From: Octopus sinensis
Lineage: Eukaryota
DNA: 64,000 nucleotides
Reading direction: 5' to 3'
Assembly (NCBI RefSeq): GCF_006345805.1
Contig: NC_043024.1
Span: forward strand, 2,914,001 to 2,978,000
This document shows positions 1-16,808 of the stretch, one piece after another. The translations under genes and the position numbers were made by a program. Position 1 is the first letter of the stretch, and the number at the start of each line of letters is the position of its first letter. The notes beneath the pieces were generated by a model. The model saw nothing but the letters and a program-made list of their open reading frames with translations, was not told where the DNA came from and did not search any database.

Positions 1-2840
<2,840 letters not shown>

Positions 2841-3669
2841 AGTCAACGTGATATCTGCGGAGAATCATTCTCTCAAAGTGCGGAGTTAATTTCCCATAAA
2901 TGCATCCATCCAGCATAGAAACTACATCACTGTATTATCTCTAGTAAATCATTCTCCCAAATCATCTTCTGTCTTATGATAATGAGTTTGTTGTATACTG
3001 TGCTCATTGGAAAAAGTTAAATGAAGAAATAGAAAGAAGACATATAGTTGTGAAATAAAGACAGCAGGGAAATCTTGAAGTAGATGCACTGTACACAATA
3101 AAACACAAAATGTCCCCAGAAATGCATGCTGGGATAGAACCACCAAGAGGAAAGAGAGCATAGGAACATCAGGGGTTGTGATGACGTATTTGGGGAAACC
3201 TGAAAGTTTTGATGGTTTCAGTCAATGTATAGTTTATTCCCCGCTTCACTAATTGTGCATATGAAAGATTATCTCTGAGAGCCATGGGTGCTGCACTGTT
3301 TTTGTTTTTTTTTTAATTTTATAAGCATGTCCATGGCTAGTTGAGGTATGGACTTCAAAAAAGTGACCAAAGTTGCTGGAAAGATGGTAGATAATCTTGC
3401 AAACTTCAATCAAATCAGACATTTGACATCAAAACTAAGGTGTAAAATGTTATCCTTGTACCATGACTTCTCTCTTCGACCAAGTCTCTCAAAAATCATT
3501 ATTTAACTGGACACAAATGTATACACACAGAAGAGGAACCTTTTATTATAAATGAAGTGTGTAATATTCTGTGTGAATTGCCACAATTGTTTGTCATCAC
3601 CTTTGTAAGGGCCAAAATCTTGAATGGTAACCTCATCAACCTTTGTGAATATTTATAATGTGAAATCTA

Positions 3670-3675
3670 AATAAA
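3670..3675 (+). promoter_or_regulatory. Putative polyadenylation signal of copy A (equivalents at 11000-11005 and 18086-18091)
   Basis: AATAAA in the same context in all three + strand copies, followed by T/GT-rich sequence, downstream of the finger ORFs. Confidence 0.55.
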
Positions 3676-4298
3676 GCTGTTTTACTCTTTAAGTATTCTT
3701 CTGTCATTTTGTATGTCCAACATCTAAAACCAAGACTTGTATTGACCCAATCATAAACTAGACAATTCACAGACCCAATGAGTATGAGATAAAAGGTTAA
3801 TTCCACCATGCTTAGCTTTATAAGCTGTTCATTTCCATGTTCCAGCCCTTCTCAGCCCTCTTTTATCCATCCATCATAGCGTTATGGGCCATTGCAGGGG
3901 AGACAAATTAGGCAATAGCAGACAGGTACTTTCATTTTGCCGGTGAAAGAAAGAAAGGGAATTTCGATTTTATATATATAGACAAAGCATAATAGCTTCC
4001 TTTGAACAATTTAGTTCCATTTTGCTGGACAAAGAAACAAACAGACAGAATCTCTCTTTTATATATATAGACTAGCAGCAATACCCATCGTTGATCGAGT
4101 AAATACTTTCACTGTTTCTCAGGAGCTACATTCTAAGTATTATGATATACATAATTTGGTTGAGTTTATTTTCATGCATAGCCAGAGTAAAATACGGGCA
4201 TGAGGTAATCCCCTTTTCTGTCATTCCACTATATACATAAAACAGAGAACTTCCCCAAAGATATATGATTTAGAAAAGAGGTGCATCATCATATTATT

Positions 4299-4650
4299 TT
4301 ATTTTAAGTGAAAAACCCATGCTATGAGATCTTGTCTATGGTGTGCCTGTTGATGAAGAAAGAGTTTCTTTTGTATTTCAGGCCATTTTGGATCACATGT
4401 AAAAGTTATAATAAATATATCTGGTCTACCATAATTTCGTACATATGTCACAACATCTTGTGTTCTTTCATGCAAATAGTAGGGGTGGGGTCCATATGTG
4501 AAGCTCAATGGAAGGATGCACAATTGCCCCAGATTATTTCCATACCCATCATTATTTATGCTGTCCCCTAAGCGAATACATGAAGCAACCTGGAGCTGTT
4601 TTTGGTGTGTTCTTACATAGGTGAGTCTTTGATTCAATTTTGGCGTACAT
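4299..4650 (-). mobile_element. Helitron Rep-domain relic
   Basis: Translation ILPLSFTYGPHPYYLHERTQDVVTYVRNYGRPDIFIITFTCDPKWPEI resembles the Helitron Rep motif LPSSFTGGPRYM...YGRPDLFITFTCNPKWPEI. A Helitron-terminus-like actagcagcaatacccatcgttgatcgagtaa lies at about 4070. Confidence 0.75.
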
Positions 4651-4665
4651 GTCAAAAAAAAATTC

Positions 4666-5575
4666 ATCAACATCATCATCGTTTAACGTCCGTTTTCCGT
4701 GCTAGTACGGGTTGGACGTTTCGACCGGGGTCTGGGAAGCCAGGACGCTGCAACAGTGGCACTTCACACATTTCTCCTCATCCATCCACAGTACATGACC
4801 ATACCAGCGCAAACGTCGCTCTTGCACACCACATCTGATGCTTCTTATGTCCAGCATTTCTCTCAGGGCGCTTACACTCCGTCATATGTGCACACTGACA
4901 TTACACATCCAGCGGATCATGTTAGTTTCATTTCTTTCAAGTCTACGCATGTCCTCTGCAGTCACAGCCCATGTTTCACTACCGTGAAGCATGGCTATAC
5001 GCACGCATGCATCATACAATCTAACTTTCACTCTTAGCAAGAGACCCATTGCCACCAGTAGGGGTAGGAGCTTTCTAAACTTTGCCCAGGCTATTCGTAT
5101 TCTAGTGGTGACACTCTCTGAGCATCCACCCTCACTACTAACTTGGTTACCTAGGTAGCAGAGACTATCAACTACTTCTGGTTTCTCCCCCTGGAGTGTG
5201 ATGGAATCTGTTTTCTGAGTATCTGTGGTGTCTATTGTCCCTGTGCATTTGCCGCACATGAAAGCTATCTTCTCAGTTAATTTTCCTTTGATGTTGCTGC
5301 ACCTATTATGTGTCCATAGCTTACACTGGGTACATCTTATCAATTCCTACTTGCTGGCATAGGTCAAACAGTTTGACTGAAACTGGTAAGCCAGAGAGCT
5401 TCACCAAGTTCCAATCTGATTTGGCACGGCTTCTACGGTTGGATGTCCTTCCTAACACCAACCAGTCCAAGAGTGTAATGGATGTTTTTAGCGTGTCACC
5501 TGCACGGGTGCCAGTTGCGTGACACCAGCATCGACCACAACTACGAATTCACTTTGCTTGACGAGTCTTCTCAAC
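4666..5575 (-). mobile_element. Rearranged RTE LINE fragment (3' UTR piece, RT C-terminal region, tail)
   Basis: ORF 4882..5343 (CTQCKLWTHNRCS...VVDSLCYLG...RIRIAWAKFRKLLPLL...MLHGSETWAV) is typical RTE post-RT sequence. The ggacgttaaacgatgatg tail is at 4666-4700. Confidence 0.8.
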
Positions 5576-5606
5576 ATGATAATAATGAGGATGAAGAAGA
5601 ATTATC

Positions 5607-6021
5607 AGATCTTCTCACTTTGACCGGCAGATTTTTAAAATAATTTCTTTGTAACTAAACACTTTTAAACTTCGTATACTGGTAGAATGTGTTTATAAAA
5701 CATCTTTTTCTCTTGGATTTCTTGAGAAAATTCTGTAGTTTGTATGCTATTTCTTGTATAATTTCTCACCGGACGTTGTTGTTGAACTTGTTGACAAACA
5801 ACAGCAGTAATTGTATTCATCTCAATAGACGTCATTGATTGGTTGAAACTGCCAAAATCCGAGAAATTTAACAAGAAATAGGTTTAAAACTACAGAATTT
5901 TCTCAAGAAAGCCAAGAGAAAAAGATGTTTTATAAACACATTCTACCAGTATACTAAGTTTAAAAGTGTTTAGTTATAAAGAAATTATTTTAAAAATCTG
6001 TCGGTCAAAGCGAAAAGATCC
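5607..6021. mobile_element. MITE with about 140-bp TIRs and 8-9-bp TSD
   Basis: Arms agatcttctcactttgaccggcag... and ...ctgtcggtcaaagcgaaaagatcc. Direct repeat gaattatc(a) at 5599-5606 and 6022-6029. Confidence 0.75.
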
Positions 6022-6164
6022 GAATTATCAAATAAACTATATAAAGTACCCCAGGACTTATTTAAATGAAGGCTGATGTTGGAAAATAGAATCGTGTGCA
6101 TGTATGTAAGCTTAACAGACATTCACAAGCGAGTATGACTTGAGAGCTTAGATGATGCTTTCGA

Positions 6165-6412
6165 CGATGAAAGGTAAAGTGGAACTCTGCGGAATTTGAA
6201 CTCAGAACGTAGCAACAGACGAAATACTGCCGGGCGAAATGCTCAGCAGTATTTCGTCTGATGCTACGTTCTGAGTTCAAATTCTGCCGAGGTCGACTTT
6301 ACCTTTCATCCTTTCGGGGGTCGATTAAATAAGTAGCAGTTACGCACTGGCGTCGACGTAATCGACTTAATCCGTCGGTCTGTCCTCTCTGTGGGAAAAA
6401 AAAAAAAAAAAG
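6165..6412 (+). mobile_element. tRNA-head SINE (family S2) with fold-back 5' end, partly deleted copy
   Basis: Same structure as 13439-13707, flanked by gatgctttcgac on both sides. Confidence 0.7.
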
Positions 6413-6599
6413 ATGCTTTCGACTCGGAGAGGAATGGGCCCCGCGAGGTCTAAAATACCTAATACATGCTGGTTTTTTCGCAACAGCCTCAACAAGAGTT
6501 GAAGAAGCAAAGCAAAGCGAAGAAAAAGAGTTACTTCCCCTGGCAATTAATTGTTTAAGACCTTTAAAAATGGTCGCACCTGCTCCTGTTTAATTACCC

Positions 6600-6808
6600 A
6601 TCCTTTTAACGGACAGAATTGAACTTATAGGACTGGTAATCAACCGTGTAAACGTATACAAACAGCATTCTTTTATTATGTAGATTTCAAAAAATATAAA
6701 CCAACGTTTGTTGTAAAAACCTAGAAATTCTTTCGAAGCTGTTATTGTCCGCTCTGACTTCAGTTCCGTCACATCTTCCCCGTTGACTCTCTATATTAAT
6801 ATGTAAGT
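6600..6808 (+). other. Predicted non-coding exon 1 and GTAAGT donor (GT at 6803) of gene B; 5' limit approximate
   Basis: Block homologous to 13900-14104 (+), 26081-26300 (-) and 34791-35000 (-). Each ends in at|GTAAGTatt, oriented toward a zinc-finger ORF. Confidence 0.55.
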
Positions 6809-6889
6809 ATTATATACACACAAGCATTTATATTGTATACATGTCATAAGCACGTATGTTTATTTTGATGATAAACGTTACTGAAGCTA

Positions 6890-7045
6890 TAATTCCGCCG
6901 AGGTCGACTTTGCCTTTCATCCTTTCGGGGTCGATAAATTAAGTACCAGTTACGCACTGGGGTCCGATATAATCGACTTAATCCGTTTGTCTGTCTTTGT
7001 GTGTCCTCTCTGTGTTTAGCCCCTTGTTAGCAATAAAGAAATAGG
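6890..7045 (+). mobile_element. SINE S2, 5'-truncated (paralogous copy at about 14200-14352)
   Basis: ccgccgaggtcgactttgcctttcatcctttcggggtcga core and tagccccttg...aataaagaaata tail. Confidence 0.7.
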
Positions 7046-7299
7046 TAGTTGTCTTATTGCTTTCAATGTTTCGTTCTCCCATTGAAGCTCCACTCTAATT
7101 TTCGATATTCCCTAAATCTTAATATCAAATACCGACAGAAAGAGGAAGTTTATGGTGATCCTTCGGTATAGGTACACACGTGATTTTGTTTACATTTCTG
7201 AAGATAAGAGAAACCCTTATCTCCCACCCCTAACCACCCCATATATATAAAAAAACAACTTCTTGAAATGTATCTGGTACTTATACCTATTTCTTTACT

Positions 7300-7462
7300 A
7301 CCCACAATCCGCTAAACACAGAGGGGACAAACAAGGACAGACATAGGTATTAGGTCGATTAGAACGATCCCAGTGCATAACTGGTACTTTAATTTATCGA
7401 CCCCGAAAGGATGAAAGGCAAAGTCGACCTCGGCGGAATTTGAACTCACAACGTAACGACAG
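7300..7462 (-). mobile_element. SINE S2, 5'-truncated (shorter copy at about 14625-14725)
   Basis: Reverse complement of the S2 core and tail. Confidence 0.7.
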
Positions 7463-8270
7463 AGCCATATATATATATATATATATATATTTATTTATAT
7501 ATGTATGTATGTATGAATATATATATCTATAGTTGTCCTACGTCCCCTGTAAAGGTAACAGCGTCACCCTTTTGCAATACCCTTAAAACCAAGCACTTTT
7601 CAGCACCAGCCCCGCCACCCTACGCACGAATTCACAAAAGAATTGTGAAAACCAGATCCATAAATACGAAGCACGTGGTTAAATGAAAAACGAAATGTTT
7701 CTCTAATTTCAACCAATCAGATCCATCCATTCCCGACACTGCGGACACCGTCGCAACCGTTTCCTCTTCTTAATTTCCCCAACATCAATATTTGCATTTC
7801 TTTTTTGATGTGGAAACCGAAGTGAAGCCCACTTGATCGAACCTACAGTTGAAAGTGTCTGAACCGTGACCACCCTGTCACGTTTTTAGCTGCTATTTCT
7901 AGCAGTTCCCTTAGTCGTTCGTATATATTTTTATGTTCTGTTGTTGTTCTTGTTGCTGTTTAACCCCAGGTCGACTCATAGCAGGACTTTTATCGTAGAT
8001 CTTCCTGCTGTGACTAGGAACGTGTTTAGACAGAGTGGGACCCCTACGATTTTCCTAATTCGAAGCAAAATAATGAAGAGGGTACCATGAAATCTAAGGT
8101 TGCAAAGTTTAAAAAGCCGTCGATAAATTCAAAAGGACTCAGTTAAAACGAATGGCTTTTTAAATCTAAAAGGGCCCATTATATTAAAAGAAGGTTGAAT
8201 AATTTTAAAGGAACCTTAGAATTTTAAAAATTGACAGGTTTAAAAAAAAATACAAATTATTTTGCTGTAA

Positions 8271-8574
8271 ACATGGTTCGGGGTTCAGTTTTAGTGCGTG
8301 GCACCTTGGGCAAATGTCTTCTTTAGCCTCGAGCCGACCAATGCCTTGTGAGTGGATTTGGTGGATGGAAACTGAAAGAAGCCCGTTGTATATAAATATA
8401 TGTGTGTGTCTGTGTTTGTCCCCCAACATCACTTGACAACCGATGCTGGTTCGGCAAAAGAGACCGATAGAATAAGTACTAGGCTTACATAGAGTAAGCC
8501 CTGGGGTAGATATGCTCAACTAAAGGCGGTGCTCCAGCATGGCCACAGTGAAATGACTGAAACAAGTAAAAGAG
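8271..8574 (+). mobile_element. tRNA-head SINE family S1, partial
   Basis: catggttcggggttcag...ccttgggcaa...ggtgctccagcatggcc...acaagtaaaagag, shared with more than 10 copies in the window. Confidence 0.75.
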
Positions 8575-8674
8575 TATCTATAATTTATCTGTACAGAAAT
8601 GTAGGAAATATTCGCTGTTGCCATTTCTACGGTTTAAATGTATTCTCTATCTTATATTATTTCTGTTGTTTCAG

Positions 8675-9095
8675 AATAATGGAATAATAGAATTGTTACA
8701 ACAGAAACATCACCAGAATATATTCCTCATCTTTTAAAGACTAACAGAAGGAATTTTTATACAGAATTGATATAACCTCGTTTAATATGAAGCTGAGGGG
8801 AAATATTTCCTCTTGGGTGAGATTATAAACAACACTTCTCTGTGTTTGTCTCTGGAACCTGTACGAGATAATCTTGCATTCTAAATAAACTTGGATTCAA
8901 TTTACAAAGGAGATTGCAACGTTTCCAAATTACAGCAGAGATTACAGTTGATGGAAACGTAGCTGAAGGAATATTTGTCAGGAATGATTTATAACAACTA
9001 AACTAGAAGATATATATTTTGGTGAAAGAAGAAAAATTATTGAAGTTTTCATGATGCAGAGAAGATAAAGGATTGATTTTTTTTTCCCCCTGAAG
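8675..9095 (+). other. Leader (5' UTR) exon region of gene B, from the tttcag acceptor at 8674 to a second AG at 9094-9095
   Basis: tcttatattattt...tttcag|aa acceptor context, and motifs aaatatttcctct, gagataat, ttttggtga and ggattgatttt...cctg(a)ag, shared with the leaders of the - strand genes. Paralogous copy starts at 16172. Confidence 0.5.
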
Positions 9096-9275
9096 TGTTG
9101 TCAAATAAGTGATGGAAATTATGTGACTGCAATATCTGTAAAAATATCAGTCTCTCAGAGAAAGCATATTCATACAGAGGAACACCTTTATCACTGTAAT
9201 ATCTGTAGAAGCTTAAAGACCTAGAAACCTATTCATACAGGAAAGAAATATCCATCAGTGTGATACGTGTGGTAA

Positions 9276-10505
<1,230 letters not shown>

Positions 10506-10607
10506 AAACCATATCACTGTGATATCTGCGGCAGATCATTTTCTCAGAACCATCACTTATCTAATCACAAATGCGTCCATATGGAGGAAAAATAAAGTCA
10601 ACGTGAT

Positions 10608-10863
10608 ACCTGTGTGTAACTGGTATTTATTTAATCGACCCCGAAAGGATGAAAGGCATAGTCGATCTTGGCGGAATTTGAACCCAGAACGTAAAGGCAG
10701 ACGAAATACCACTAAGCATTTCATCCGGTGTGCTAACTATTCTGCCAGCTCACAGCCTTGACAACCGATGCTGGTGTGTTTCGGTCCCCGTCACTTAGCG
10801 GTTCGGCAAAGAGACCGATAGAATAAGTACTGGGCTTACAAAGAATAAGTCCCGGGGTCGATT
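10608..10863. mobile_element. S2 (- strand) and S1 (+ strand) SINE fragments replacing part of the 3' UTR seen in copies A and C
   Basis: ttaatcgaccccgaaaggatgaaagg core, then ttgacaaccgatgctgg...gtcccggggtcga. About 0.7 kb of copy A 3' sequence is missing here. Confidence 0.65.
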
Positions 10864-11629
10864 TGGAACCTTGTATTATAAATGAAGTGTGTAATATTCT
10901 GTGTGAATTGCCACAATTGTTTGTCATCACCTTTGTAAGGGCCAAAATCTTAAATGGTAACCTCATCAACCTTTGGAAATATTTATAATGTGAAATCTAA
11001 ATAAAGCTGTTTTACTCTTTAAGTATTCTTCTGTCATTTTGTATGTCCAACATCTAAAACCAAGACTTGTATTGACCCAGTCACAAACTAGACAATTCAC
11101 AGACCCAATGAGTATGAGATAAAAGGTTAACTCCACCATGCTTAGCTTTATAAGCTGTTCATTTCCATGTTCCAGCCCTTCTCAGCCCTCTTTTATCCAT
11201 CCATCATAGCGTTATGGGCCATTGCAGGGGAGACAAATTAGGCAATAGCAGACAGGTACTTTCATTTTGCCGGTGAAAGAAAGAAAGGGACTTTCGATTT
11301 TATATATATAGACAAAGTATAATAGCTTCCTTTGAACAATTTACTTCCATTTTGCTGGACAAACAAACAAACAGACAGAATTTCTCTTTTATATACATAG
11401 ACTAGCAGCAATACCCATCGTTGATCGAGTAATTACTTTCACTGTTTCTCAGGAGCTACATTCTAAGTATTATGATATACATAATTTGGTTGAGTTTATT
11501 TTTGTGCATAGCCAGAGTAAAATACGGGCATGAGGTAATCCCCTTTTCTGTCATTCCACTATATTCATAAAACAGTGAACTTCCCCGAGGATATATGATT
11601 TAGAAAAGAGGTGCATCATCATATTATTT

Positions 11630-11925
11630 TATTTTAAGTTAAAAGCCCATGCTATGAGATCTTGTCTATGGTGTGCCAGTTGATGAAGAAAGACTTTCTT
11701 TTTTCAGGCCATTTTGGGTCACATGTAAAAGTTATAATAAATATATCTGGTCTACCATAATTTTGTACACATGTCACAACATCTTGTGTTCTTTGATGCA
11801 TATAGTAGGGGTGGGGTCCACTTCTGAATCTCAATGGAAGGATGCACAATTGCCACAGATTATTTCCAGCTGTTTTTGGTGTGTTCTTACATAGGTGAGT
11901 CTTTGATTCAATCTTGGCGTACATG
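11630..11925 (-). mobile_element. Helitron Rep-domain relic (duplicate of 4299-4650)
   Basis: ORF 11652..11924 contains GPHPYYMHQRTQDVVTCVQNYGRPDIFIITFTCDPKWPE. Confidence 0.75.
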
Positions 11926-11939
11926 TCAACAAAAAATTC

Positions 11940-12850
11940 ATCAACATCATCATCGTTTAACGTCCGTTTTCCATGCTAGTACGGGTTGGACGGTTCGACC
12001 GGGGTCTGGGTAGCCAGGACACTGCAACAGTGGCACTTCACACATTTCTCCTCATCCATCTGCAGTACATGACCATACCAGCGCAAACGTCTCTCTTGCC
12101 CACCACATCTGATGCTTCTTATGTCCAGCATTTCTCTCAGGGCGCTTACACTCCGTCATGTGTGCACACTGACATTACACATCCAGCGGATCATGTTAGC
12201 TTCGTTTTTTTCAAGTCTACGCATGTCCTCTGCAGTCACAGCCCATGTTTCACTACCGTGAAGCATGGCTGTTTGCACACATGCATCATGCAATCTAACT
12301 TTCATTCTGAGCGAGAGACCCATTTCCACCAGTAGGGGTAGGAGCTTTCTAAACTTTGCCCAGGCTATTCGTATTCTAGTGGTGATACTCTCTGAGCATC
12401 CACCCCAACTACTAACTTGGTCACCTAGGTAGCAGAGACTATCAACTACTTCTGGTTTCTCCCCCTGGAGTGTGATGGAATCTGTTTTCTGAGTATCTGG
12501 GGTGTCTATTGTCCCTGTGCATTTGCCGCACATGAAAGCTATCTTCTCAGTTAATTTTCCTTTGATGTTGCTGCACCTATTATGTGTCCATAGCTTACAC
12601 TGGGTACATCTTATCAATTACTACTTGCTGGCATAGGTCAAACGGTTTGACTGGAACTGGTAAGCCAGAGAGCTTCACCAAGTTCCAATCTGATTTGGCA
12701 CGGCTTCTACGGTTGGATGTCCTTCCTAACACCAACCAGTCCAAGAGTGTAATGGATGTTTTTAGCGTGTCACCTGCACGGGTGCCAGTTACGTGACACC
12801 AGTATCGACCACAACTACGAATTCACTTTGCTTGACGAGTCTTCTCAACA
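11940..12850 (-). mobile_element. Rearranged RTE fragment (duplicate of 4666-5575)
   Basis: ORF 12156..12617 is nearly identical to 4882..5343. Confidence 0.8.
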
Positions 12851-12880
12851 TGATAATAATGAGGATGAAGAAGAATTATC

Positions 12881-13294
12881 AGATCTTCTCACTTTGACCG
12901 GCAGATTTTTAAAATAATTTCTTTGCAACTAAACACTTTTAAACTTCGTATACTGGTAGAATGTGTTTATAAACATATTTTTCTCTTGGATTTCTTGAGA
13001 AAATTCTGTAGTTTGTATGCTATTTCTTGTTTAATTTCTCACCGGACGTTGTTGTTGAACTTGTTGACAAACAACAGTAGTAATTGTATTCACCTCAATA
13101 GACGTCATTGATTGATTGAAATTGCCAAAATCCGAGAAATTTAACCAGAAATAGCTTACAAAGTACAGAATTTTCTCAAGAAAGCCAAGAGAAAAAGATG
13201 TTTTATAAACACATTCTACCAGTATACTAAGTTTAAAAGTGTTTAGTTACAAAGAAATTATTTTAAAAATCTGACGGTTAAAGCGAAAAGATCC
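12881..13294. mobile_element. Long-TIR MITE (duplicate of 5607-6021)
   Basis: TSD gaattatc at 12873-12880 and 13295-13302. Confidence 0.75.
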
Positions 13295-13438
13295 GAATTA
13301 TCAAATAAACTATATAAAGTACCCCAGGACTTATTTAAATGAAGGCTGATGTTGGAAAATAGAATCGTGTGCATGTACGTAAGCTTAACAGACGTTCACA
13401 AGCGAGTATGACTTGAGAGCTTAGATGATGCTTTCGAC

Positions 13439-13707
13439 CCCGAAAGGATGAAAGGTAAAGTCGACCTCGGCGGAATTTGAACTCAGAACGTAGCATCAGA
13501 CGAAATACTGCCGGGCGAAATGCTCAGCAGTATTTCGTCTGATGCTACGTTCTGAGTTCAAGCTCCGCCGAGGTCGACTTAACCTTTCATCCTTTCGGGG
13601 GTCGATTAAATAAGTACCAGTTACGCACTGCGGTCGACGTAATCGACTTAATCCGTCCGTCTGTCCTCTCTGTGTTTAGCCCTTTGTGGGCAATAAAAAA
13701 AGAAATA
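13439..13707 (+). mobile_element. SINE S2 with inverted-duplicated 5' end and 12-bp TSD
   Basis: Arms 13434-13511 and 13527-13605 are near-perfect reverse complements. TSD gatgctttcgac at 13427-13438 and 13708-13719. Confidence 0.8.
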
Positions 13708-14553
13708 GATGCTTTCGACTGGGAGAGGAATGGGCCCCGCGAGGTTTAAAATGCCTAATACATGCTGGTTTTTTCGCAACAGCCTCAACAAGAGTTGAAG
13801 AAGCAAAGCAAAGCGAAGAAAGAGAGTTACTTCCCCTGGCAATTAATTGTTTAAGACCTTTAAAAATGGTCGCACCTGCTCCTGTTTAATTACCCATCCT
13901 TTTAACGGACACAATTGAACTTATAGGACTGATAATCAACCGTGTAAACGTATACAAACAGCATTCTTTTATTATGTAGATTCCAAAAAATATAAACCAA
14001 CGTTTGTTGTAAAAACCTAGAAATTCTTTCGAAGCTGTTATTGTCCGCTCTGACTTCAGTTCCGTCACATCTTCCCCGTTGACTCTCTATATTAATATGT
14101 AAGTATTATATACACACAAACATTTATATTGTATACATGTCATAAGTACGTATGTTTATTTTGAAGCTTATTTTGATGATAAACGTTACTGAAGCTATAA
14201 TTCCGCCGAGGTCGACTTTGCCTTTCGTCCTATCGAGGTCGATAAATTAAGTACCAGTTACGCACTGGGGTTGATATAATCAACTTAATCCCTTTGTCTG
14301 TCCTTGTTTGTCCCCTCTGTGTTTAGCCCCTTGTTGGCAATAAAGAAATAGGTAGTTGTCTTATTGCTTACAACGTTTCGTTCTCCCTTTGAAGCTCCAC
14401 TCTAATTTTCGATATTCCCTAAATCTTAATATAAGATACCAACAGGAAGAAGAAGTTTATGATGATCCTTCGGTATAGGTACCGTAAACACCGGAAGTGG
14501 CTTTGTTTACATTTCTGAAGACAACAGAAACCCTTATATCCCACCCTAACCTC

Positions 14554-14599
<46 letters not shown>

Positions 14600-14731
14600 A
14601 AACACTTTCTTGAAATGTATCTGGTACATCGACTCCAGTGCATAACTAGTTCTTTAATTTATCGACACCGAAAGGATGATAGGCGAAGCCAACCTCGGCG
14701 GAATTTGAACTCACAACGTAACGACAGAGCC

Positions 14732-14762
<31 letters not shown>

Positions 14763-15513
14763 AATATATATACATATAGTTGTCCTACGTCCCCTGTAAA
14801 GGTAACAGCGTCACCCTTTTGCAATACCCTTAAAACCAAGCACTTTTCAGCACCAGCCCCGCCACCCTACGCACGAATTCACAAAATTAATGTGAAAACC
14901 AGATCCATAAACACGAAGCACGTGGTTAAATGAAAAACGAAATGTTTCTCTAATTTCAACCAATCAGATCCATCCATTCCCGACACTGCGGACACCGTCG
15001 CAACCGTTTCCTCTTCTTAATTTCCCCAACATCAATATTTGCATTTCTTTTTTGATGTGGAAACCGAAGTGAAGCCCACTTGATCGAACCTACAGTCGAA
15101 AGCGTCTGAACCGTGACCACCCTGTCACGTTTTTAGCAGCTCTTTCCAGCAGTTCCCTTACTGGTTTGTATATGCTTTTATGTTCTGTTGTTGTTGTTGC
15201 TGTTTAACCCCAGGTCGACTCATAGCGGGACTTTTATCGTAGATGTTCCTGCCGTGACTAGGAACGTGTTCAGACAGAGTGGGACCCCTACGATTTTGCT
15301 AATTCGAAGCAAAATAATGAAGAGGGTGCCATGAAATCTAAGGTTACAAAGTTTAAAAAGCCATCGATAAAGTCAAAGGGACCCAGTTAAAACAAATGGC
15401 TTTTTAAATCTAAAAGGGCGCATTATATGAAAAGAAGGTTGAATAATTTTAAAGGAACCTTAGAATTAAAAAAATTGCCAGGTTAAAAAAAAATACAAAT
15501 TATTTTGCTGTAA

Positions 15514-16073
15514 ACATGGTTCGGGGTTCAGTTCCAGTGCGTGGCACCTTTGGCAAATGTCTTCTACTATAGCCTCGGGCCGACCAAAGCCTTGTGAGTG
15601 GATTTGGTGGACGGAAGCTGAAAGAAGCCCGTTGTATATAAATATGTGTGTGTGTGTGTGTCCAGTTACTGCTTGGCAACCGGTGTTGTGTTTACATCTC
15701 CTTAACGTAGCTGTTCAGGAAAAGGCATAGGAGTGGCTGTGTGGTAAGTAGCTTGCTTACCAACCACATGGTTCCGGGTTCAATCCCACCTCGTGACAGC
15801 TTGGGCAAGTGTCTTCTAGTATAGCCTCGGTCCGACTAAAGCCTTGTGAGTGGATTTGGTAGATGGAAACTGAAAGAAGCCCATTGTATATATATATATG
15901 TGTGTGTCTGTGTTTGTCCCCCAACATCACTTGACAACCGATGCTGGTTCGGCAAAAGAGACCGATAGAATAAGTACTAGGCTTACATAGAATAAGCCCT
16001 GGCGTAGATATGCTCGAACAAAGGCGGTGCTCCAGCATGGCCACAGTCAAATGACTGAAACAAGTAAAAGAGT
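15514..16073 (+). mobile_element. Two head-to-tail S1 SINE pieces (partial, then near full length from 15723)
   Basis: Second copy has the ggagtggctgtgtggtaagtagc head with a B-box-like ggttcaatccc. Copy A carries only one piece at the equivalent site. Confidence 0.7.
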
Positions 16074-16808
16074 ATCTATAATTTATCTGTACAGAAATGT
16101 AGGAAATATTCGCTGTTGCCATTTCTACGGTTTAAATGTATTCTCTATTTATATTATTTCTGTTGTTTCAGAATAATGGAATAATAGAATTGTTACAACA
16201 GAAACATCACCAGAATATATTCATCATCTTTTAAAGACTAACGGAAGGAATTTTTATACAGAATTGATATAACCTCGTTTAATATGAAGCTGAGGTGAAA
16301 TATTTCCTCTTGGGTGAGATTATAAACAACACTTCTCTGTGTTTGCTCTCTGGAACCTGTAAGAGATAATCTTGCATTCTAAATAAACTTGGATTCAATT
16401 TACAAAGGAGATTGCAACATTTCCAAATTACAGCAGAGATTACAGTTGATGGAAACGTAGCTGAAGGAATATTTGTCAGGAATGATTTATAACAACTAAA
16501 CTAGAAGATATATATTTTGGTGAAAGAAGAAAAATTATTGAAGTTTTCATGATGCAGAGAAGATAAATGATTGATTTTTTTTTCCCCTGAAGAGTTGTCA
16601 AATAAGTGATGGAAATTATGTGACTGCAATATCTGTAAAAATATCAGTCTCTCAGAGAAAGCATATTCATACAGAGGAACACCTTTATCACTGTGATATC
16701 TGTAGAAGCTTAAAGACCCGGAAACCTATTCATACAGGAAAGAAATATCCATCAGTGTGATACGTGTGGGCAATCATTCTTGCAAATCCATCGTTTAACT
16801 GTTTACAA

